Source: an uncultured virus (IMG/VR IMGVR_UViG_3300044568_002560)
Taxonomy: Duplodnaviria > Heunggongvirae > Uroviricota > Caudoviricetes > Ackermannviridae
Virus record (IMG/VR): IMGVR_UViG_3300044568_002560
DNA length: 56,667 nt
Strand: one strand, 5' to 3'
The position numbers were made by a program, and so were the translations under genes. Under the pieces are notes generated by a model. That model was not told the DNA's origin. It ran no database searches and saw nothing but the letters and a program-made list of their open reading frames with translations. Numbering within the stretch: position 1 is the stretch's first letter; the number at the start of each line of letters is the position of its first letter. This document shows positions 45,143 to 54,412 of this stretch, piece by piece.

Positions 45143-46747
45143 ATGGACTCTGCTATCAAATCAAAACTTCAAACCCTGTTGCGCCTTGGTCTAGTGTCAC
45201 AAAACAATGTGCGTCGTGCTATGACCATGTTCCAAGACCCAGAGAAGTACAGCAAGAGTCCTGCTTACCGCACTCTCATGCAGGAACTAATGGTGGATGT
45301 GGTGGACAAGATTGTGAACAACCGTGCCATGTACACCGCACTACGCTCCAGCCTGACCAAAGACAAGGGCGTAAAGGAAGCAGACGAAACCATTGCTGCC
45401 ACCACACAAAAGATTGGTGAAAGCGTAAAAACAGATCGTACCACAACCCTGCTGCGTAGTGGACTGGTTGACAAGACCCAAATCACCGCTGCTCGCAAAG
45501 CACTAAAGTCCAAGAGCAATCTCAAGCAAATGAGCATGGGCAAGGTGTACCGTGAAATGATGATTAATATGCTAGACAGCCTTGTAAAGAAGATTACAGG
45601 TAGCCCTGCCCTGTTCAACGCTTTCAAGTTCACTATGGGCAAGGAAGGCAAGATTGAAGAGGCGTTTGACGGTGGAGACACAGACATTATTGCGCTGTTT
45701 GATCTGCACGAAGACGCACAAGAAATCCTTGAAGCCAACAAGCCCACCAATCCGTCTCTGTGGTCAAAAGCCAAGAGCATGGCAAGAAGCAAGTTTGATG
45801 TGTACCCGTCTGCGTATGCCAACGGATGGGCAGTCAAGTGGTACAACTCCAAGGGTGGCGGTTGGAAGAGCGTGAGCGAAGGCAAGACTTTCTTCCAGTT
45901 TGCAAATGATCTTGAAGAAGCCCTGACTCCTGCTCGTAAGGCAGTGATTGATCGTGAACGCAAGAAGGCTTCCGAAACCATGAATCGTGCTAGCACTCCT
46001 ACACCTGAACGCAACAAGGCATACGCTCGTGGCTCACGAGTCAACTACCTTGAACTCAAGGGACTAGCAAACAAGTCTGACAAACAAGGCAGTGATTATC
46101 AGATCAACAAGCGTGAACACGCCAAGTGGCGTAAGACTGAAAAGAGCATGAAAGAAGAAACCCAAAGACTTGATGAGGTATCTCCACCAGACATGGAGCA
46201 CATGACTGGTTCCAAGAACGCCAAGGCTTCGTTCACCAAGCAGTACGGCAAGCGTGGCAAGAGCGTGATGTACGCCACTGCATGGAAACTCCACAACAAG
46301 AACAAGAAGAAGCGCGAAGTCAAGGAAGAGATTGAACAGATTGACGAGTTGAGCAAGGCGACCAAGGACTCGTATGTTGCCAAGCGTGGCTCACAACTCT
46401 CGTCCATGATGTACGGTTCTGGAAAGCACTACGCTTCGCTCACAGGCAGACAGCAAAAGAATGCCGTGAAGGGCATCAAGCGAGCCACAGGTGTCAAGGA
46501 AGAAGCCGAGCAGATTGACGAGTTGAGCAAAAAGACCCTTGCCTCGTATGTGCAAAAGGCACACGATTCCCAATCAGAAAAAGAGTTTCTGAAGGGACAC
46601 AGCATGGGCAAAAAGTATCAGGCAGCAAGAGAAGCAGAGAAAAGAGGCGTGTCTACCCCACCAAGCAAAAAGACACCACTAGACAAAAAGTACAAAAATC
46701 GTGAGATGGGAATCGGTCGCGCACTAAAGCGTCTCCAAAAGGACTGA
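45143..46747 (+). CDS. Modular putative internal head protein
   Basis: CTAAATA 45106-45112; duplicated LLRxGLV domain; VYPSAYANGW; EQIDELSK repeats. Confidence 0.8.
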   Translation: MDSAIKSKLQTLLRLGLVSQNNVRRAMTMFQDPEKYSKSPAYRTLMQELMVDVVDKIVNNRAMYTALRSSLTKDKGVKEADETIAATTQKIGESVKTDRTTTLLRSGLVDKTQITAARKALKSKSNLKQMSMGKVYREMMINMLDSLVKKITGSPALFNAFKFTMGKEGKIEEAFDGGDTDIIALFDLHEDAQEILEANKPTNPSLWSKAKSMARSKFDVYPSAYANGWAVKWYNSKGGGWKSVSEGKTFFQFANDLEEALTPARKAVIDRERKKASETMNRASTPTPERNKAYARGSRVNYLELKGLANKSDKQGSDYQINKREHAKWRKTEKSMKEETQRLDEVSPPDMEHMTGSKNAKASFTKQYGKRGKSVMYATAWKLHNKNKKKREVKEEIEQIDELSKATKDSYVAKRGSQLSSMMYGSGKHYASLTGRQQKNAVKGIKRATGVKEEAEQIDELSKKTLASYVQKAHDSQSEKEFLKGHSMGKKYQAAREAEKRGVSTPPSKKTPLDKKYKNREMGIGRALKRLQKD

Positions 46748-46753
46748 ACCCAA

Positions 46754-48418
46754 ATGATTAAGAAGCAAGGCAACAAGTTTGTAGTAACGAACAAGGCAGG
46801 CACTAAAGTATTGGGAACACATCCGTCCAAGGAAAAGGCACAGAAGCAACTCGCAGCAATTGAAATATCAAAGGCAAAACACATGCACGAAAACAAATCA
46901 TTCAAGTCGTTCCGTAGCACTCTTAACGAGAGCGAGTACAGCGAAGTTCTAACAGGTTACGGCAACCGCTCTGCTCACAAGGACGATGCAGGTTTGCACC
47001 ACCTACAGTCTGCGGGTGCTCTTGCTGGTATTAATGCCATGCTTGCCACCATCAGCAAGGGCACTTACCTTGATCCCAACGAAGCGTTCCTCAAGATGAA
47101 GGTGCGTCTCAATGTGGTGCAACTAGACTTCCCGTGGAAGCCCCGTTCATGGGACGGTGGCGTGGGTTCGTTTGATATTCCTGTGGTGCAGTTTGGTCGC
47201 GTTGACGGCTACGACGCACAGACAGGACAGATTCGCTTTGACGGCAAGGCTAACCCCACAGGCGGCTACACCGAACTAAATCTGCATGTTGAGGTTGGAC
47301 TAAACGCGGATTCGCTGTACACCGTGAGTGCCAAACTAACTCCTGCCGTGCCTGTAGCGGAAGAGGTTGAAGTTGCAGAAGACTACCAGACTCCTGCTCG
47401 TGAACGGGAAATGGATCGCAAAATAGCCAAACACGATGATGCTGCTGATAGTGCGTACAGAACTAGAATGACCAAATACGGCAAAGTTGCTGATCGTGCC
47501 TCTAAATCAGAAGACAAGCACGACAAGGCAATTGCTCGTCTTCTCAAGCGTTCCCAAAAAGAACAAGAGTCGTCCCGTACTTACGGTCGTAGCGGCAAAC
47601 TTGTAAAGCGTGGTAGCCGTGCAGAGGTAAAGGAAGAGATGGAGCAGATTGACGAAGCAGGCGCAGCCAAACTGGCTCGTATGGGATACGCATACGACCG
47701 CGCACGAGTCGGTGCTCGTGGTGTTCTGAATCCCGAGCGCAAAAAGCAAATGGGTGATGCGTACTACAAGCAGCGTGAAAAGGTAGAAGCCAACAAAGCC
47801 AAGCGAGTTGCAGCAGGCAAATTTGACAAGGGGCGTGAACTAGAAGCCCTCCACAAGAAGTACGAAATTCGTCGTGCTAAAAATACCGTAAAGGAAGCAC
47901 TCATTGGCGGTCAGAAGAAACTAGACCTGAACAAGAACAAGCGTCTTGACTCACAAGACTTTGCCATGCTTCGTGCCAAGAAAAAGTCGGTAAAAGAAGA
48001 AGCCCTTGTCGGCGGTCAGAAGAAACTAGACCTGAACAAGAACAAGCGTCTTGACTCACAAGACTTTGCCATGCTTCGTGCCAAGAAGAAGGCTATGAGC
48101 GAAGCCAAGAAGCCCATGATTAAGATTGGTCTAAACCCCAACAAGAAAATTGGTTACGAGGTTGCTTCAATCGGAGCAGGTGGCAAGAAGACTGTAGAGA
48201 AGTCTGTTGACTACACCATGCCCCATGTGAGGCGCGACACCACCAAGAAGGGTGTAAACGAAGCGAAAATGAAAACATGGAGTCCCCGCTTGGACAGACT
48301 AATGGCAAATCGTGACGCGATTCGCAGCAGACCCAAGAAGAGCATCCTGACCCAAAAAGTACAGGACGGCAAGAAGATTGGTGCTGCTCGCCCAATAGCC
48401 AAGTACGAGGGCAAGTGA
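46754..48418 (+). CDS. Modular putative internal head protein
   Basis: KVLGTHPSKEKAQKQLAAIE; EDYQTPARE; duplicated GGQKKLDLNKNKRLD. Confidence 0.8.
   Translation: MIKKQGNKFVVTNKAGTKVLGTHPSKEKAQKQLAAIEISKAKHMHENKSFKSFRSTLNESEYSEVLTGYGNRSAHKDDAGLHHLQSAGALAGINAMLATISKGTYLDPNEAFLKMKVRLNVVQLDFPWKPRSWDGGVGSFDIPVVQFGRVDGYDAQTGQIRFDGKANPTGGYTELNLHVEVGLNADSLYTVSAKLTPAVPVAEEVEVAEDYQTPAREREMDRKIAKHDDAADSAYRTRMTKYGKVADRASKSEDKHDKAIARLLKRSQKEQESSRTYGRSGKLVKRGSRAEVKEEMEQIDEAGAAKLARMGYAYDRARVGARGVLNPERKKQMGDAYYKQREKVEANKAKRVAAGKFDKGRELEALHKKYEIRRAKNTVKEALIGGQKKLDLNKNKRLDSQDFAMLRAKKKSVKEEALVGGQKKLDLNKNKRLDSQDFAMLRAKKKAMSEAKKPMIKIGLNPNKKIGYEVASIGAGGKKTVEKSVDYTMPHVRRDTTKKGVNEAKMKTWSPRLDRLMANRDAIRSRPKKSILTQKVQDGKKIGAARPIAKYEGK
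47906..48087. repeat. 77-bp exact direct repeat with 105-bp period
   Basis: 47906-47982 identical to 48011-48087. Confidence 0.9.
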
Positions 48419-48597
48419 AAGGTTTTTGGGAATACATCCGTCTGCGTCCAAACAAACCACTAGTGTTTGAGGACATCTTTATAGATCAGGGAGTTGAACT
48501 CCAATCACCTGTGCCCGGTTCAAATGTTTCCGATGTGGACTTGACACCCAAAGAAAAGCAGAACAAGTTCAAGAAAAAGCAAGCCCTGAAGAAATAA
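48415..48597 (+). CDS. Small hypothetical protein
   Basis: GTGA overlap with the upstream stop. Confidence 0.5.
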   Translation: MKGFWEYIRLRPNKPLVFEDIFIDQGVELQSPVPGSNVSDVDLTPKEKQNKFKKKQALKK

Positions 48598-48615
48598 ACG
48601 GTAAACCTATTCGTC

Positions 48616-48999
48616 ATGGATTTCAAGACTCTGAACCGAGACAATTTCATGCTTTACGCTATGGGGCAATACACCAACCCCCAGTGTAATGGCATGACTG
48701 AATTCACAGAAGACCTGAATCGTATAAAATATGTAAAGCGTCTTCTTAAAAAATACAACCGCAGCGGCAAGATTCGCCCCATCCTGCTCCTGAATCACTT
48801 GACTATTTTAGGAAATGTGTTTGGGCCTCGTGGTGCAGCACGAATGCTATTATTTAAATTGGAACCCAATCTGTACCCACCCCTGAAAACCGCACTTCTA
48901 TATTTAAACTACATAGGAGAGGGCATGGTGCTTGAAAGCATACGCTTGGATACCATTCCCGTGGACGGACGGCTTGCAGAGGCTCTACGGAGCCTATAG
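48616..48999 (+). CDS. Conserved T4-like phage protein (DUF7207-like)
   Basis: NFMLYAM..YTNPQC..EFTEDLNRIKYVKRLL...LLNHLTILGNVFG. Confidence 0.85.
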   Translation: MDFKTLNRDNFMLYAMGQYTNPQCNGMTEFTEDLNRIKYVKRLLKKYNRSGKIRPILLLNHLTILGNVFGPRGAARMLLFKLEPNLYPPLKTALLYLNYIGEGMVLESIRLDTIPVDGRLAEALRSL

Positions 49000-49007
49000 G
49001 AGCGATT

Positions 49008-49223
49008 ATGAAGCGACTCAAACGGTTTGCACAGTTCATGGAACAGGACGGTGGCTTGCCCACCTCCGCTCCCACAAATATAACAGGGGCAGATCGTATT
49101 GCAGGCACAGGCAGCGATATTCCTCCCGTATCTCCCAAGAAGCGGTTTAATATTTTAAAGAGGAAGACCGCTAAACTCATAAATAATAAGGTGATTGAAA
49201 ACACTGATTTAGAAAGGAAGTGA
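49008..49223 (+). CDS. Small conserved T4-like protein
   Basis: APTN...IAG...PPV motif. Confidence 0.7.
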   Translation: MKRLKRFAQFMEQDGGLPTSAPTNITGADRIAGTGSDIPPVSPKKRFNILKRKTAKLINNKVIENTDLERK

Positions 49224-49663
49224 ATATGTTTACACCTGAACTACTTTCGTTGGTTGGCGGCGGCGCAGCAGGATTCCTGTTTCGCTACATGGCACAAAAG
49301 TCGCAAGACCAAAAAGAACTGTTCCAACAGATGATGGCTGCAAACGCGCAGACCACCAGTAACCAAGATAAAGCCGCAGAGCGTGTTCCCTACGATGTGG
49401 GGCGTGGCGTTCGTCAAGTAATCGTGCTGTCCATACTGTTCGGCACTTTCTTGGCTCCGTTCATCCTGCCGTTCTTTGGTCTGCCCACTTTTGTGGAAGT
49501 AGACGCAACCACTCCTGAAGGGCTGTTTGGGCTGATTCCACAAAGCACCAAGAAGTTTTTCGTGGAAATCAACGGCTACCTGTTCACCTCTGAAAACCGT
49601 CAAATCTTGTTAAGCATCGTAGGATTCTATTTTGGTTCTGCTGCTGCGTCCAACAAGTCATAA
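49220..49663 (+). CDS. Multi-TM membrane protein (holin-like candidate)
   Basis: Three hydrophobic segments, C-terminal IVGFYFGS. Confidence 0.65.
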   Translation: MNMFTPELLSLVGGGAAGFLFRYMAQKSQDQKELFQQMMAANAQTTSNQDKAAERVPYDVGRGVRQVIVLSILFGTFLAPFILPFFGLPTFVEVDATTPEGLFGLIPQSTKKFFVEINGYLFTSENRQILLSIVGFYFGSAAASNKS

Positions 49664-49673
49664 GGAGTACACC

Positions 49674-49961
49674 ATGAAAGCCGTATACACAATTCTGCTT
49701 GGACTACTGCTGACTGCCTGCAACACCGTTCCACAAATCGTTCCTGATTCCAGTGGCGACAGCGTGATTATGAAGCGATTGGATCACGAAATTCAGCGTG
49801 GTGACAGCGGAAACTCTTGGGGATGGGTGCTATGGTATTTGCCCATCGTGCTGATTGCGTTTGCTTGGGCGTGGAAGGAATGGGTTCGCCCGTCCATCAA
49901 TGCTCTTGAAAACGAAGACATTGACACCATCAAGAAGTACGACAACACACCCAAGCCTTAA
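49674..49961 (+). CDS. Lipoprotein with an additional TM segment
   Basis: Lipobox LLTAC; WGWVLWYLPIVLIAFAWAW. Confidence 0.7.
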   Translation: MKAVYTILLGLLLTACNTVPQIVPDSSGDSVIMKRLDHEIQRGDSGNSWGWVLWYLPIVLIAFAWAWKEWVRPSINALENEDIDTIKKYDNTPKP

Positions 49962-50536
49962 TCCCCATCGGGATTCGCAGCGCGGATGTTTTCGTACATC
50001 TTCTTGCAGATATAGTACGAGTCCACAATATCTGAAACGGGGCTACCAATCTCTTTACGATTGGGTGCTAGTACTGCTTTCAGGTGCATTCCTGTTTCCC
50101 ACACAAACGCATCGTACATTTGGGTCTTGTCTGCGTTGCCCTTGCCTGATGCAAATTTCTTAACTTCGGTGGGTGGAATAATCGTGACAGGAACCCCTAG
50201 ATGGTACAGTTTGTATTTCAGGATGCCTGTGTTTTCTGCAATATGAAATACTCGCCCACTTGCAGAATACGCATACCCCTCAAGTGCCACATGGGAGCAA
50301 CCCATCACAATGTCAATAGCCCAATCTGCAATGCTCTCGTAGCGTTCCTGATCGGAGTTCCAATCGGACAGCCGCTCGCCGTAAATATTCAGGGTACGAA
50401 TTTCTGATTGTTTTTTGTTTTCGGTCAGGAAATAGAATGAACACTTGGTGTGATCCCACGGCAGCGAATCGTCTGGGTTGTTGTACAAACAGACGGCGGG
50501 ACCACAAAGAGAATAATCAATTCCTGCTATAACCAT
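49958..50536 (-). CDS. RuvC-like Holliday junction resolvase
   Basis: AGIDYSL, LEGY, PTEVKKFASGKGNADK, DIVDS. Confidence 0.88.
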   Translation of the reverse strand: MVIAGIDYSLCGPAVCLYNNPDDSLPWDHTKCSFYFLTENKKQSEIRTLNIYGERLSDWNSDQERYESIADWAIDIVMGCSHVALEGYAYSASGRVFHIAENTGILKYKLYHLGVPVTIIPPTEVKKFASGKGNADKTQMYDAFVWETGMHLKAVLAPNRKEIGSPVSDIVDSYYICKKMYENIRAANPDGD

Positions 50537-50541
50537 AACAG

Positions 50542-50564
50542 TATTTAGGGAACCTGACTAAATA
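50542..50564. promoter_or_regulatory. Divergent pair of late-type CTAAATA promoters
   Basis: TATTTAG 50542-50548 and CTAAATA 50558-50564 between divergent genes. Confidence 0.75.
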
Positions 50565-50584
50565 CGGTAAAGGAGGATTCAATA

Positions 50585-50800
50585 ATGATTCCAGAAAACA
50601 ATGCAGAAAATTACAATGAAACTGTGCTGATCCCTCTGTTGGAAAAGAAGGTACACGCTCTGACTAGCAGCGTGATTCTAGCCGAAGCCAAACTAGAGAT
50701 TGCCAACAAGGAAAAGGCTGAACTACAGAAGCAGTTGGACGCAGCACAGGCAGCAGCACAGTCTGTGCCTGTGACTGATGTGCTAGACGAAGGGGACTAA
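50585..50800 (+). CDS. Small coiled-coil protein
   Basis: SD AGGAGG, late promoter. Confidence 0.7.
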   Translation: MIPENNAENYNETVLIPLLEKKVHALTSSVILAEAKLEIANKEKAELQKQLDAAQAAAQSVPVTDVLDEGD

Positions 50801-50812
50801 ACCCCATCGCAT

Positions 50813-51577
50813 CTATAACGGGTTTCCTGATAACTCTAGAACTACTGCTCGCACCCACTCCGCTACAAGGTCTACCCGAGTAGCGGAGTTTTCATATATG
50901 GTAGAGTCTTTGGTGGCTAGTGAGGAAATGATTCCAACCAGCACGCCCCTGCTGTTCAGGACTGCGCCGCCTGAATCGCCAAAATACAGGGTTCCGTTGA
51001 TTGGCAGCATTTTGAATACTGTGGGTTCTTCAATCAGGGTTCCGTAGTACCAAAACACATCAGGATTGCTACGGCGTTTGTAGCCTCCACCAAAACCAAT
51101 CAGAGTAAGCGACTCGCCTTGAATGTATCGGTTACTTTTGCCCATGATGGGAACAGGAGTAACAGGGCAGTTACGCTCAAGCAGCCCAACTGCTGCGTCT
51201 TGGAACAAGCGATCCCCAATTTTGTATTTGGGGTGCATACGGTAGTCCACAATCTTGTACGATTCGCACCCCACCACGAACAGGTCAGCGTCACCGTCTT
51301 CCATGCAATGCCCTGCGGTAATGAAAACATTGGGTGCAATAAGTACTGCACTACCAATTTCAGAGCCATCGGCTTTGGCAAGCATACCAACTGCCAATTC
51401 CTCTGTTTGCTCGTCCAGTAGGGAAAAGCCGCCCATGAACCACGGAAGGTGTGTAGCGGGAATCCCTACTGGAGTTTTTTCCTGTGGTGTGTCGTATACC
51501 GACACCGATGCCTCGTCACATGCCCCGAAGAGTAGTGAGAGGGCCAGCAGAAGAGATGGAACATAGCCTCTCTGCAT
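50813..51577 (-). CDS. Trypsin-like serine protease, putative lipoprotein
   Basis: ITAGHC, QDAAV, GDSGG triad motifs; lipobox-like LFGAC. Confidence 0.88.
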   Translation of the reverse strand: MQRGYVPSLLLALSLLFGACDEASVSVYDTPQEKTPVGIPATHLPWFMGGFSLLDEQTEELAVGMLAKADGSEIGSAVLIAPNVFITAGHCMEDGDADLFVVGCESYKIVDYRMHPKYKIGDRLFQDAAVGLLERNCPVTPVPIMGKSNRYIQGESLTLIGFGGGYKRRSNPDVFWYYGTLIEEPTVFKMLPINGTLYFGDSGGAVLNSRGVLVGIISSLATKDSTIYENSATRVDLVAEWVRAVVLELSGNPL

Positions 51578-51693
51578 ACAAATATCTAGCCCACCCACCA
51601 ACACAAAAATGTTGGAATTTCTTGAAGGTTTGTGCTAAAAGAAAAACCCCCTTGCGGGGGTTTGGTGTGTGGGATCGGTTTTCAGCCTTCCAT

Positions 51694-52305
51694 TCAGTCA
51701 CCGTACTCTGGGCCACGCCCGCCTGTGTAGGGACCACGCCGATGTGCTGCGTCTTCATAGCCTTGCATCTGTGCGTGATGATCCCGATCTCCTGCCCGAC
51801 TCCTGTGCCATGCTTCGCTTTCTCTTTTCTGCCGTGCGTGTCGTTCAGCATCGGCTCGCTTTTTGGCACCCATATCCTGTTTGCGCTTCATGGCTCGCTT
51901 GTGGTCTTCTGATCCCTTGCGGACAGGCTTGCCGCCCTTGCCGTAAACGGTCTTTGACTTTTGTTCCTTGCGATGACGATCCTCCGCTGATTGAAGTTCC
52001 GCGTCAGCCTTTACTTGTCTTTCCCTTGCTGCTTTGCCTTTGGTCTGGTTACGGAGGCGAGTCGCCCAGTCTCCTGCACGGCGCGACAGTTTCCGCAGAT
52101 TCTTTTCGCTTTCCGCTTCGCGTTCTGGTGTCTGGATGTCTTCCAGCAGGGCATTAGGATCAAGTTCTAGTTCTTCACATAGAGCCAACAGCACTGTTTC
52201 TAGCAGTTCGTTGTACTCCATAGCCTCATCCAAAGCGGCTTGTGGGTTTTGGATGCGTGCAATGCTCTCGTTGAGCGAACGGAATGTGTTGTGGTTGGTT
52301 CTCAT
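51694..52305 (-). CDS. Modular putative internal head protein
   Basis: Paralog of 33207-33767; CTAAATA 52326-52332; terminator ~51637-51663. Confidence 0.75.
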   Translation of the reverse strand: MRTNHNTFRSLNESIARIQNPQAALDEAMEYNELLETVLLALCEELELDPNALLEDIQTPEREAESEKNLRKLSRRAGDWATRLRNQTKGKAARERQVKADAELQSAEDRHRKEQKSKTVYGKGGKPVRKGSEDHKRAMKRKQDMGAKKRADAERHARQKRESEAWHRSRAGDRDHHAQMQGYEDAAHRRGPYTGGRGPEYGD

Positions 52306-52408
52306 TAGAATAATCTCCTATACTATATTTAGGAAAAGAAACAACCCCCATTTACGGGGGTTGTCGGGCGGGAGATGCTATCTCCTGCGGGGCACAAGCC
52401 TGCGAAGT

Positions 52409-54343
52409 TTATGTGGTCAGGTCAACAATCTCACACTTGTCGCCAGTGCACGAGAATGTTTGGGTTCCAACAGTCTTGTCTTCCTTCTCGTAGTTCACCA
52501 TTTCACTCCAGTCCACGCCCTGTGGCATGGCAGCAAGAGCGGCTTCGTACTGCTCCTTGGTGCAGTCCTGATACGGTGCTTGCTTGTACGAGTGATCGGA
52601 ATGGGGCAGGAAAGAAATACCGCTGATCTCGTCAAAGTGCTTATACACCCACGCACCCACCTCCATCCACTCGTGCTCACGCACAGTAACAGTAATACTG
52701 GGCTTGTGTTCGCACCAGTGCCGCTGATACGCCAGCCACAACTCCAAGTGCTGAATAGCAGTCATGTGGTTGCGGGTCACAGAACCCACAGCCTTCATGG
52801 GGAACGAGAACACCATTGTGTGGTCGGGACGCATATTGCACACTTCGTGTGGGAAGCCCTTGTCAATCATAAACTGACACAGAGGGTCTTTGCGATCTGC
52901 ACGAACGGTGCGAATGTAGTACTCGTTGTGACGAGCGTGGATGCCGCTTGCAGAATCAGTCAACTGCGATACGGTTCCACTAGGCTTGACACAAGTAATA
53001 GCCGCTGCGGGGTTGATGCCAATCCGCTTTGCCCACTCCTTGTTGGTAGCCACGGCATGGTCACGAAGCGATTCAAGAATGTGCTGCAAGTTTTCGGTGT
53101 TGTCACGCATCATGGCGTTGTCAAGAATACCTGTGAGTGACACACCAAGCAGTGCTTCCTCTTCACAGTTCTTCTTCCAATCACTAGACAGGTACGGAAA
53201 ATGGGTAAGACTAGCCTGCCATGTGCCAAGAATGGCAGCAAGCCGTACCTTACGCTTCAAGGTTTCTTCTGTATCGTCCTTGCGAACAATTACTTCAGAC
53301 AGATTGCAGAACTGCTTGTCACGCAGAATAATTTCAGAACACGGATTAGTGCCGAACTCGTAGGTGGCATCACGACGCTCACCCAACTTTTCCACAGTCT
53401 TCTGTGCAGCCTCACGGTTAAAGATGCCACGCTCACCGCTCTTGCTGTTGTACAGAGACAGCCACTCTTCCATGAATGTGCCAATCTCGGGCTTCTCCTT
53501 GTACGCCACACTGTTGTTAGCCAGTGCACGCTGTGGGTTCTCGTTCCACCACGCACCGCTCTTGGCATTACGCATACGCTCGTCTGTCAGATTGGACAGA
53601 GAGATGAGTGCAGAACGACGCACACCACCCACCACAACCACTTCTGCTACCTTGCAAATAATGTCATGGCATTCCATTGAGGTGAGTTTGCGTCCTGCTG
53701 CTCGCTTGAAAGTATCAACGGTGAAACCGAACAGTTCTTCAAGTGGGCGAGGACCGCTTGCACGACCGCCAAATGTTTTTAGTCTTGCACCAGCGGGGCG
53801 AATCTTACTGGTGTCCCACGACGGAATCTGCCCACCAATCAGGAGTGAAACCAGTTCACGATACGCTTTTGCCCATCCTTCTTTGGAGTCCTTCACCACG
53901 ATAACGGTATCGCTACTGCTGAACTGCTCTGCAATAGTGGGTAGTTTCTCCACATACTGCCGCTCCACAGAGAAGCCCACGCCTGTGCCGCACATAAGCA
54001 CATACAGGATTTCATCAAACGCACGCACCTTGTTTACTGCCACATACGAGCAGTTGTAGCCTGCGGTGTTGTCACGCTTTAGTGCTTCGCCTGCGGTCAT
54101 TAGCGAACGCATGGACGGCATGATTTCTTGATTCAGGATAGCGGATTCCAATTCTTCACGAACAGACTTGGGAATCTTTATGCCCTTCTCTTCCCAATGC
54201 TCGTCAAAGAAAAGGAAATAACGAGCAACCGTTTCTTCCCATGTTTCGCGTCTGCCTTCGCTTTCAATCCACCGCGAGTACCTTGAAAGATGGATGAATT
54301 GCTGATAGAAACTGGGAAGAGTCTTGGTCATTAGTGCCTCCAT
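52409..54343 (-). CDS. nrdJ: Class II (B12-dependent) ribonucleotide reductase
   Basis: GYNCS, CGTGVGFS, GGVRRSA, TNPCSEI, TCVKPSGTVS, C-terminal CTGDKCE. Confidence 0.95.
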   Translation of the reverse strand: MEALMTKTLPSFYQQFIHLSRYSRWIESEGRRETWEETVARYFLFFDEHWEEKGIKIPKSVREELESAILNQEIMPSMRSLMTAGEALKRDNTAGYNCSYVAVNKVRAFDEILYVLMCGTGVGFSVERQYVEKLPTIAEQFSSSDTVIVVKDSKEGWAKAYRELVSLLIGGQIPSWDTSKIRPAGARLKTFGGRASGPRPLEELFGFTVDTFKRAAGRKLTSMECHDIICKVAEVVVVGGVRRSALISLSNLTDERMRNAKSGAWWNENPQRALANNSVAYKEKPEIGTFMEEWLSLYNSKSGERGIFNREAAQKTVEKLGERRDATYEFGTNPCSEIILRDKQFCNLSEVIVRKDDTEETLKRKVRLAAILGTWQASLTHFPYLSSDWKKNCEEEALLGVSLTGILDNAMMRDNTENLQHILESLRDHAVATNKEWAKRIGINPAAAITCVKPSGTVSQLTDSASGIHARHNEYYIRTVRADRKDPLCQFMIDKGFPHEVCNMRPDHTMVFSFPMKAVGSVTRNHMTAIQHLELWLAYQRHWCEHKPSITVTVREHEWMEVGAWVYKHFDEISGISFLPHSDHSYKQAPYQDCTKEQYEAALAAMPQGVDWSEMVNYEKEDKTVGTQTFSCTGDKCEIVDLTT

Positions 54344-54412
54344 TGTTAGGGTTGGTAGAGTATGTAGCCCCTACCACGAGGTTCACAGGCGTTCAAATAT
54401 AGTTTTGAATTT

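Noticed and set aside
52409..54343. Intein or intron in nrdJ
   Set aside because: Continuous 644-aa ORF of typical monomeric size
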